Part shown: positions 25,531 to 32,000 of the stretch, piece by piece
How positions within the stretch are numbered: position 1 is the stretch's first letter
Layout of the letters: each line of letters opens with the position of its first letter
NCBI GenBank assembly: GCA_963718915.1
Contig: CAVRAI010000001.1
Span: 360,001-392,000 of the forward strand
Length of the DNA stretch: 32,000 bases
Source of the DNA: an uncultured Chloroflexia bacterium
Lineage (GTDB): Bacteria; Chloroflexota; Ktedonobacteria; Ktedonobacterales; JADMIN01
Direction: 5' to 3'
Program-made: the position numbers and the translations under genes
The notes under the pieces: generated by a model
Databases searched by the model: none
What the model was told of the DNA's origin: nothing
The model's input: the letters and a program-made list of their open reading frames with translations, nothing else

Positions 25531-26832
25531 GTGACTAGCGCGAGCCAACATGACCCGTACCAATCCCTGCGCGTGCGTGACTATCGTCTGTTGTTGCTGG
25601 GCAACTTCATCGCCACATTCGGGGAGCAGATGCTGACGCTCGCCCTCGGATGGGAACTGTATCTGCGGACAAATTCGGCCTTTCTGTTGGGAATGGTCGG
25701 ACTTGCGGAAATATTCCCAGCCTTGCTCTTTTCGTTCTATGCGGGCCATATCGCCGACCGCTTCAATCGCAAGCGCATCATCATCGTGACGCAGGTCATG
25801 GTCGCGCTGGCATCATTAGCCCTCACCGCTCTCTCCTACTGGCAGGGGCCGCTTATCCTGATCTATGGCTGCCTGCTGGTGATGGGCGCCGCCATGACGT
25901 TCAACACCCCCGCCTCCGCGACACTGCCCGCCAGCATCTTACCGGAGGAAGCCTTCGAGAACGCGGCGACCTGGAGCAGTAGCTCATGGCAACTGGCCAC
26001 GGTCATTGGCCCGGCTGGCGCGGGCGTACTCATTGCTATCCTGAACAGCGCCACCTTCGTCTACGCGCTCAATGCGCTGGCATCGCTTGCCTTCGTGCTC
26101 CTGCTCATCCCGATCAAGCCTGTAAGGACGCCGAGCAGGCACGTGGCCGAGGAGCGTTCCACTTGGCGTTCCGTGGGGGAGGGGATGAGCTTTCTCCGGC
26201 GCACACCCGTCATGCTGGGAGCGATTACGCTCGATCTCTTTGCGGTACTCTTTGGGGGCGCGACCACCCTGCTGCCGATTTTTGCCACCACGATCCTGCA
26301 TGTCGGGGCTGCCGGTCTGGGATGGTTACGCGCGGCGCCTTCGGTTGGCGCGCTGGTCGTCGCGCTGACCCTGGCGCACCGTCCGCCATTTCAGCGTGCT
26401 GGCCGTACGCTGCTGCTGGTGGTCGCCGGTTTTGGGATAGCCACGATTGTCTTTGGCCTGTCGCGGTCGTTCTGGCTCTCGCTCGTAATGCTCCTTGCGC
26501 TTGGCGGGTTGGACAACGTCAGTGTAGTCATTCGCTCAACACTCGCCCTCACCCGCACGCCAGATGAGATGCGTGGCCGCGTCGCGGCTATCAATGGCCT
26601 GTTCGTCAACGCCTCGAATCAGCTTGGCGGCTTCGAGTCCGGACTTACCGCGCAATTGTTTGGCCCGGCGATCTCGGTCGCTGGCGGTGGCGTCGGCACG
26701 ATCATTGTGGTGCTGGTCGTCGCCCTGGTCTGGCCAGAGCTGCGGCGAATGAGAACCTTGCGTGTCGCGCCAGAGCCACCAGAGTCTCCCGAACGCCTGC
26801 CGGTAGAGGCGCGGGCGTCCAAGAGCGGTTAA
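25531..26832 (+). CDS. MFS transporter (MFS_3 / EntS-like), paralog of 23986..25284
   Basis: ORF track 25516..26832 (TTG). I prefer GTG 25531, 9 nt after GAGG. LRVRDYRLLLLGNFIATFGEQM, GHIADRFNRKR, about 12 TM segments. Confidence 0.75.
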   Translation: MTSASQHDPYQSLRVRDYRLLLLGNFIATFGEQMLTLALGWELYLRTNSAFLLGMVGLAEIFPALLFSFYAGHIADRFNRKRIIIVTQVMVALASLALTALSYWQGPLILIYGCLLVMGAAMTFNTPASATLPASILPEEAFENAATWSSSSWQLATVIGPAGAGVLIAILNSATFVYALNALASLAFVLLLIPIKPVRTPSRHVAEERSTWRSVGEGMSFLRRTPVMLGAITLDLFAVLFGGATTLLPIFATTILHVGAAGLGWLRAAPSVGALVVALTLAHRPPFQRAGRTLLLVVAGFGIATIVFGLSRSFWLSLVMLLALGGLDNVSVVIRSTLALTRTPDEMRGRVAAINGLFVNASNQLGGFESGLTAQLFGPAISVAGGGVGTIIVVLVVALVWPELRRMRTLRVAPEPPESPERLPVEARASKSG

Positions 26833-26843
26833 TCCAACGAGAG

Positions 26844-27638
26844 TCAGCAAAGGGGACGATTTACCCGAAGGCGAAGGAGGCCAGCAGCGGCTGGTAGACG
26901 AGGTTGTTGGTCGCGCTGTAGCTGGCCAGCGGGCTTTCGCACGCGATAGCTATAGACCTCGCCATCATGCAGCGTGACGTAGAGCGTCGTCTGCCGGGTG
27001 ACGCCATCCGCGTCGGTATGCGGGCCGCTACGCACCTCCCACGTTGCCCCGGCGAACTGCTGCCGCGGCGCGGCGGCCAGACTCTGGCTCTTCGCCTGAG
27101 CATCGGCGGCGGCTTTGGCGTCCTCGCCGGATGATGGCGCGCTGATGGTCAGTGTCATGCTGTTGATGCCATCGCTATCGGTAAGCAGCACTCCGTCTGA
27201 TCGCGGGGTGAGGGTCCAGAGTGCGGGCCGGGTGAAGTGGAAGCGCTGGTCTGGATCGCGATAGACCTGGCTGCTTGCCACCGGCGGGGACGCCGTGAGC
27301 GCGCGCACCAGATAGGCGACACCGCCGCCCGCCGCGAGCGCCAGCACCAGCGCCAGCAATACGATGGGCCACCAGCGCGACTTATGGGGAAGCGGCGGTG
27401 GCGGGATTGGCTGTGAGACTGGGGCAGCGGCGAGAGAATCGCCAGCGGCGTCCTCCGACTGTGGCTCCGAATGTTTGGGCAGACGCGGGATCGCCACCGG
27501 CTGCGTTGGAGTCTTGATCTCGCCGATGGGCGCTCCGCAGGTGAAGCAGACGGTCGCGTCGTCTTCGTAGGGAGCGCCGCAGCGCAGACAAACCTGTGCG
27601 GGCGTGGTCTTTTCTTCGTCACGCCGTCGTCGTGCCAT
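26844..27638 (-). CDS. zinc-ribbon / single-pass membrane protein with an extracytoplasmic domain; apparent frameshift near the 3' end
   Basis: ORF track 26844..27743. Start trimmed to ATG 27638 (MARRRRDEEK). Zinc ribbon CLRCGAPYEDDATVCFTCGAPI, TM helix WWPIVLLALVLALAAGGGVAYLV. The last ~35 codons read as Arg-rich noise, whereas the +1 frame (ORF 26861..27103) ends with the protein-like ACESPLASYSATNNLVYQPLLASFAFG. Confidence 0.6.
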   Translation of the reverse strand: MARRRRDEEKTTPAQVCLRCGAPYEDDATVCFTCGAPIGEIKTPTQPVAIPRLPKHSEPQSEDAAGDSLAAAPVSQPIPPPPLPHKSRWWPIVLLALVLALAAGGGVAYLVRALTASPPVASSQVYRDPDQRFHFTRPALWTLTPRSDGVLLTDSDGINSMTLTISAPSSGEDAKAAADAQAKSQSLAAAPRQQFAGATWEVRSGPHTDADGVTRQTTLYVTLHDGEVYSYRVRKPAGQLQRDQQPRLPAAAGLLRLRVNRPLC

Positions 27639-27760
27639 TGCTTCATTCCCACCCAGTGCGAAACCACCGCAAGCACCCGCGCCGAGCGCTATTCTCCGTT
27701 CATGGTACCATACGCCGCCAGCAACCACGCGCTCACAGCCCATTAATCCCTCGCTGGCGC

Positions 27761-27800
27761 CGTTCTATGCCGTTCTATGCCGTCCTATGCCGTTCTATGC
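27761..27800. repeat. 10-bp x4 tandem repeat (CGTTCTATGC; third unit CGTCCTATGC)
   Basis: Read directly at 27761-27800. The last unit contains the TAG stop (27797-27795) of the SDR gene, and the array lies about 125-160 nt upstream of the zinc-ribbon gene start. Confidence 0.95.
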
Positions 27801-28706
27801 TTTTTCGACGCCATGCTGCTGCAGATACGCCCAGAGCGACATCGGCTGGAAGCCAAAATACTTGACGACGGCGTCGAGATCGGTGGTGTTCTCGAAGGTG
27901 AAGAGGCCCGTCGCCGCCTTCGTGATGGGTGGTTTAGACATCACCGCCTCCATCATCCCCGCGCCCAGCCTGACGAACGGCATCGGGCCGGGCACTTTGA
28001 TGCGCTTTTTGCGCAGCGTCTCCATCAGCATATCGAGAATCTGGGCATAGGTGAAATACTCCGGGCCGCCAACCTCAATGGTGCGGCCATCATATGCCTC
28101 CGGCTTGCCCGCCATCTTCATGATGCAGGCAGCCACGTCGTCAACCCAGATTGGCTGAAACCGCGTCTTGCCGTCGCCAATCATTGGCACAATAACCGGC
28201 ATCGTGCGGATGAGATCGGCTAGCCCATTGAAGAACGCCGACCCTTTGCCAAACTGGATGGACGGCCCCAGGATGGACCACGCCAACCCACTCTGCTTGA
28301 CGGCCTGCTCGGCGAGATAGCGACCCTGCATGTATGAGCGAGGTTTATCGGACTTCGTGCCCAGCCCGCTCAGCACAACGATGCGCCGCACGCCAGCCTT
28401 GCGCGCCGCCTCCACCAGATTGGCCGTCCCCAGCACATTGGTGTCGTAGTAGTTGACGCCCGGCCCCTGCTTGCGTTCGGCGGTGATGAATGCGGTGTGG
28501 ATGATCGTCTCGACGCCAGCGACGGCGGCTTCGAGTGTCTCGGGCTGTGTCGTATCGCCAGTGACCACCTCGACGCCCTGCTCTGGCAGTCTGCCCTTCG
28601 CTTTGTCGGGATTGCGCACCAGCCCGCGTGTCGCGATACCTTCTTTGCTGAGCAGTGAGACGATGCGGCTGCCACAGAAGCCCGCCGCGCCCGTGACCAG
28701 GATCAT
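27795..28706 (-). CDS. NAD(P)H-binding atypical SDR (NmrA / complex I NDUFA9-like)
   Basis: ORF track 27795..28745. Start trimmed to ATG 28706 (MILVTGAAGFCGSRIV) behind GGAAGGAG. Rossmann motif GAAGFCG. Confidence 0.75.
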   Translation of the reverse strand: MILVTGAAGFCGSRIVSLLSKEGIATRGLVRNPDKAKGRLPEQGVEVVTGDTTQPETLEAAVAGVETIIHTAFITAERKQGPGVNYYDTNVLGTANLVEAARKAGVRRIVVLSGLGTKSDKPRSYMQGRYLAEQAVKQSGLAWSILGPSIQFGKGSAFFNGLADLIRTMPVIVPMIGDGKTRFQPIWVDDVAACIMKMAGKPEAYDGRTIEVGGPEYFTYAQILDMLMETLRKKRIKVPGPMPFVRLGAGMMEAVMSKPPITKAATGLFTFENTTDLDAVVKYFGFQPMSLWAYLQQHGVEKA

Positions 28707-28900
28707 GTGAATGCTCCTTCCGTTGAGCGCTTGCCGATTGCCCAATTTGTGGTCGCTACAGCAGAGTATAGGGATTCAGATGAACTGGACGCAAAGCGGA
28801 ATCGAGGCAACGCGCACGATGGTATACTAGCCAGGCGTCCGACGAAACGTAACGCATATTCGCGCCTGGAGTCGAATGCTGGCCGAAGGGAGGGCCTAGG

Positions 28901-29533
28901 TTGGCGACGCACATACCCCATCAAATTGTCGTCTATCCGAACCACGTCAAACTACTTGGATACGTGCTGACCTGTTCGTTGGCAGTAGCCGCTTTTCTGC
29001 TCGTTTGTCTCTTGCTTGCGAGTGGGACAAGCGCGCCGTCTCCACAACTGGGGGGTCTGGGCACAGTACTCGCTGTTATTGACATCGTCGGACGCATTCT
29101 CATTGGGGCCGTAATGCTGGCTTCGGCTCTGGTACTGGCGGTGGTCGTGGTGTGTATCATTTACAGAGTACTCATCCGCAAGCCGTCCGCGATAATAAAT
29201 TCTGATGGCATCATTGACCAGTGTTCGCTGATTGCTGGTGGACTCGGATTGATTCGCTGGGACGAGATCGAGAACATTGCACTGTACGCATACAGAAAGA
29301 ATCTGAAGTACTTCTGCGTGATAACGCATGATAAACGGACGCCAGCCAGCCCACTGATACGGCTGTTCCGGCGCTCCATCACACTATTTCTGGTGGATGG
29401 CGCCAACCTGCCACAGTGGCTACTCTCGACACCTGTGCAGGAGTTAGCAGCGGAGATCGAGTCCCGTTACCATGCCACCCTACTTGCCCACGAGATTGGT
29501 GTTGTCGATTGGCTGCCTTCTTCCGACGAATAG
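28901..29533 (+). CDS. STM3941-like membrane protein (two TM helices plus a PH-like C-terminal domain)
   Basis: 210-aa ORF with a TTG start 7 nt after GGGAGGG. The pattern (short N-terminus, two TM helices, then KPSAIINSDGIIDQCSLIAGGLGLIRWDEIENIALY) matches my memory of the STM3941 family. It sits in an AT-richer islet. A possible extended -10 box, TGGTATACT, lies at 28820-28828. Confidence 0.5.
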   Translation: MATHIPHQIVVYPNHVKLLGYVLTCSLAVAAFLLVCLLLASGTSAPSPQLGGLGTVLAVIDIVGRILIGAVMLASALVLAVVVVCIIYRVLIRKPSAIINSDGIIDQCSLIAGGLGLIRWDEIENIALYAYRKNLKYFCVITHDKRTPASPLIRLFRRSITLFLVDGANLPQWLLSTPVQELAAEIESRYHATLLAHEIGVVDWLPSSDE

Positions 29534-29647
29534 GGCTGCGCTTCATCGAGGAATGCGTGGTCTCCGTGCCGATATATGCTGGGCCGAGCGCACAATTTCA
29601 ATTGTTGCGCCACACAAGAAGATCCAGGCCAGGACGCAATCGCCAGA

Positions 29648-30529
29648 CTATGCTGGGTGAAGGAAGTCGGCGAGTATTTCGAGGCTATCTACCAGACGGG
29701 GGCCGGGGCGGCTGAAGTAGGCTGAGCCATCCACGATGTGAACGCGGTCGTGACGGACGCAGGGCAGGTCGCCGTAACCGGGCAGCGCTTCGAGGATGGG
29801 GAGATCCTCGCGGGTGCGTTCGGCGCTGAAGCCGCAGCAGGAGATCACCATCACCTCCGGCGCGAATGCCGCCACCTGCTCCCATTCAATCTGCTCGGCG
29901 GGCTGCCCCTCACGTCCAAGGGGATCATCTCCGCCCGCCAGCCGCACCAGTTCAGGATTCCAGTGGCCGCCGCAGAAGAGCGGATCGATCCATTCGAGGA
30001 ACGCCACACGCGGACATTCCGCCGCCTGCGCCGCCGCCGACCGCGCCTGCTCGATACGCGCCTCCAGCGAGGTGACGAGCGTGCGGCTGGCCTTCAGGTG
30101 GTTGGTGGCTTCGCCCAGCATCTCGATATCGCCCAGCATATCGCTCAGCGAGACCGGCTCCAGATTGATGACTTCAGGGATATGGGGCAGGTCGCGGATG
30201 GCGTCGAGCACGTCTTCCATATCCACCGCGCAGACCGCGCAGAGCTGTTGCGTGAGAACCAGGTCGGGCTTCAACTCGGCCAGCAACTCGCGATCAATCG
30301 TGTAGAGCGAGTGCGCGTTGCTCGCAAGCTGCGCGCGCACGGCGGCGTCTATCTCACCGCTGGACATCTCGGGCTTGAGCCGCGAGCGCGTGATCTGCGG
30401 CTTGCCGAGCACAACCGAGGGATAGTCGCACTCGTGGGTCACGGCGACCAGCAGCTCAGACAACCCTAGCGCGCAGATGATTTCGGTGGCGCTGGGCAGC
30501 AGCGAGATAATACGCGGGGCGTGCAACAT
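29648..30529 (-). CDS. BtuF-like (Fe/B12 periplasmic-binding-protein fold) cobalamin-binding-type protein lacking a signal peptide
   Basis: ORF track 29648..30541. Start trimmed to ATG 30529 (MLHAPRIISLLPSATEIICALGL) behind GAGGTG. The conserved first strand, RIISLLPSATE...VAVTHECDYP, begins at residue 5, so there is no room for a signal peptide. Confidence 0.7.
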   Translation of the reverse strand: MLHAPRIISLLPSATEIICALGLSELLVAVTHECDYPSVVLGKPQITRSRLKPEMSSGEIDAAVRAQLASNAHSLYTIDRELLAELKPDLVLTQQLCAVCAVDMEDVLDAIRDLPHIPEVINLEPVSLSDMLGDIEMLGEATNHLKASRTLVTSLEARIEQARSAAAQAAECPRVAFLEWIDPLFCGGHWNPELVRLAGGDDPLGREGQPAEQIEWEQVAAFAPEVMVISCCGFSAERTREDLPILEALPGYGDLPCVRHDRVHIVDGSAYFSRPGPRLVDSLEILADFLHPA

Positions 30530-30611
30530 GGAACACCTCACAGGTACGCTATCGCGAACGAGCCAGCTATCCGCCGCCGCGTCTGGATGGCTCCAGGGGT
30601 AACACGGGTGA

Positions 30612-31007
30612 TCAATTCGCGGTCATGACAATCTGTCTGGCCCAGCGCAGGACGACCCGCGCGTTATCCAGTAGTTGCTGCGCGGTGTCGGGGCCAACCG
30701 CGTCGTCAGCCAGCTCGGCAGGCAGATCATCCGTCAGGAAATTGGCTGGATGATAGGGCGTCAGCGTATCCAGGATATCCAGCAGGTCGGGCGGCGCGTT
30801 CACCAGCATACCCAGCGCGCGCAGGTCGTGATCGTAGGTGGCGCGCGCGTCGTGGCTGAGCACGTAGACCGCTTGCAGCGACTTCTCGGCCACCTGATTC
30901 GCCAGGTCGGCGCAGTTATAGTAGTTGGAGGCAGCCAGCGCCAGACCCGCGCTGGAGTGATCCTGCGCCGCCTCCGCCCAGATGCCCAGCGCCTCATCGA
31001 GACTCAT
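30612..31007 (-). CDS. HEPN domain protein (Rx4H motif RATYDH present), no adjacent nucleotidyltransferase partner
   Basis: 131-aa ORF behind AGGAGG. W..AA.D...A..L...NYYNCADLANQVAEKSLQAVYVL...RATYDHDLRAL... then a C-terminal helix ARVVLRWARQIV fits the HEPN four-helix pattern. Confidence 0.6.
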   Translation of the reverse strand: MSLDEALGIWAEAAQDHSSAGLALAASNYYNCADLANQVAEKSLQAVYVLSHDARATYDHDLRALGMLVNAPPDLLDILDTLTPYHPANFLTDDLPAELADDAVGPDTAQQLLDNARVVLRWARQIVMTAN

Positions 31008-31062
31008 GCGAACCGCCTCCTTACCGATATGATGTAAATGGGCGCTGAAATCCCTGGCGGCT

Positions 31063-31117
31063 GAAGCCGCAGCTAAGGGCTAACGCCGCAAAGTCCGCCT
31101 GCGCGGACTCCAGATCA
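31063..31117 (+). repeat. REP-like dispersed repeat, family R2 (core hairpin AGTCCGC-CTGC-GCGGACT at 31092-31109)
   Basis: GAAGCCGCAGCTAAGGGCTAACGCCGCAAAGTCCGCCTGCGCGGACTCCAGATCAG aligns with the copies at 6252, 6484 and 9804. Confidence 0.8.
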
Positions 31118-31140
31118 GCATAGGCATTAGCTTGCTCTCT

Positions 31141-31208
31141 GGAGCCTGTGTAGGCAGGCTTTGCGGACGCGCTTGCGCGTCCCCTAGGCGCGACTTTAGT
31201 CGCCAGCC
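31141..31208 (-). repeat. diverged inverted partner of the 31063-31117 repeat (hairpin GGACGCG-CTTG-CGCGTCC)
   Basis: GGAGCCTGTGTAGGCAGGCTTTGCGGACGCGC... resembles the reverse complement of the left arm (GGAGTCCGCGCAGGCGGACTTTGCGGCG...). Confidence 0.5.
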
Positions 31209-31252
31209 ATCGTGGCGCGCGAACACATCACACCGCGACCACCTGCTCCATG

Positions 31253-32000
31253 TCAACTCGCCAGGTCGGCGGCCAGAATGGCAGGCAACTCGGCGATGGC
31301 GACGCGGCGCTGCGCCATGCTGTCGCGCTCGCGAATCGTCACCTGCTGATCCTCCAGGCTCTGGAAATCCACCGTGATGCAGTACGGCGTGCCGATCTCG
31401 TCCTGCCGCCGGTAGCGCTTGCCGATGTTGCCGCCGGTATCGTCGTACTGCGTCAGGCCCAGCCCGCGAATTGAATTGTGTACCTCGTGGGCCAGATTCA
31501 CCAGCGGCTCCTTGCGGGAGAGCGGCATCACCGCCGCCTTCACCGGGGCCAGCTTCTTGCTCAGCCGCAAGACCACGCGCTTCTCCCCCTCGACGATCTC
31601 TTCGTCGTAGGCGTCGCAGAGGAAGGCGAGCGAGGTACGGTCGGCGCCCGCGGACGTCTCGATAATGAACGGCACATAGCGCCGCTGAGTGGCGTCATCG
31701 AAGTAGCTCAGGTCTTTGCCGCTGAACTCGATGTGCCGCCGCAGGTCGAAGTCCGTCCGGTCGTGAATGCCCTCGATCTCGCGCGGGCCGAACGGGAACT
31801 CGTAATAGACATCCACCGCCGCGCGGGCATAGTGCGCCAGTTCGTCGGGGCCGTGCGGATGGAAGGTGAGATGGTCGCGCTTTATGCCGAGATTGAGATA
31901 CCACTGGAACCGCTGCTCACGCCAGTAGTCGAACCACTGCGTCTCGGACTCGGGGTCGATGAAAAACTGCATCTCCATCTGCTCGAACTCGCGCATGCGA
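31253..32000 (-). CDS. glyQS: glycine--tRNA ligase (dimeric class II type), C-terminal part; the gene continues beyond the window
   Basis: The ORF is open to the window edge. MREFEQMEMQFFIDPE, FGPREIEGIHDRTDFDL, and an anticodon-binding tail YDDTGGNIGKRYRRQDEIGTPYCITVD. Confidence 0.85.
   Translation of the reverse strand, partial: RMREFEQMEMQFFIDPESETQWFDYWREQRFQWYLNLGIKRDHLTFHPHGPDELAHYARAAVDVYYEFPFGPREIEGIHDRTDFDLRRHIEFSGKDLSYFDDATQRRYVPFIIETSAGADRTSLAFLCDAYDEEIVEGEKRVVLRLSKKLAPVKAAVMPLSRKEPLVNLAHEVHNSIRGLGLTQYDDTGGNIGKRYRRQDEIGTPYCITVDFQSLEDQQVTIRERDSMAQRRVAIAELPAILAADLAS

Noticed and set aside
30530-30611. A cobalamin riboswitch upstream of the BtuF-like gene.
   Set aside because: The gap to the HEPN stop is only 82 nt, too short for a roughly 200-nt B12 element, and I see no B12-box-like sequence. 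The longer spacer upstream of HEPN (31008-31252) is explained by the REP-like repeats.

Overview
High-G+C bacterial chromosomal segment. By hand count 41 of 60 nt are G/C at 16081-16140, against 25 of 60 at 15181-15240 and 27 of 60 at 29161-29220, the two AT-richer islets. The protein flavour and a CCCCCTCTCC-TCGCA-GGAGAGGGGG-TTGGGGGTGAGGTC hairpin repeat suggest a Chloroflexota-like genome, but I cannot verify this. I support about 30 protein-coding genes, two of them partial at the window edges. I see no rRNA or tRNA, no CRISPR array, and no intact transposase, integrase or phage gene. Left to right: a partial unknown gene; a minus-strand run of FAAH-like amidase, HIT hydrolase, dienelactone hydrolase and three tandem DinB-fold proteins; purK; a 0.6-kb spacer packed with nested GC-hairpin repeats; two crotonases, a 4CL-like acyl-CoA ligase and a YfcE-type phosphoesterase; a DUF5654-like membrane protein; group-I birA; a hotdog thioesterase translationally coupled to glnA; an AT-richer islet with an orphan CdiI-type immunity gene, an IS200-like TnpA tail and a MITE-like element; a form-II coxS-coxL-coxM cluster with a separately placed membrane-anchored coxG; a PLDc_N mini-protein and three MFS transporters; a zinc-ribbon membrane protein with an apparent 3' frameshift; an NmrA/NDUFA9-like SDR; a second AT-richer islet with an STM3941-like membrane protein; a lone HEPN gene followed by a signal-less BtuF-like binding protein; and the 3' part of glyQS. 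I did not find a convincing multi-gene system that is clearly new. The best leads are: (1) a complete miniature transcription unit upstream of birA (promoter, SD, 24-codon Cys-containing ORF, terminator); (2) the hydrolase plus triple DinB/ClbS-like cassette; (3) the orphan-immunity islet; (4) the HEPN plus cytoplasmic binding-protein pair; (5) a dispersed REP-like hairpin family whose stems covary between copies. All family assignments rest on motif recognition from memory and need profile searches.
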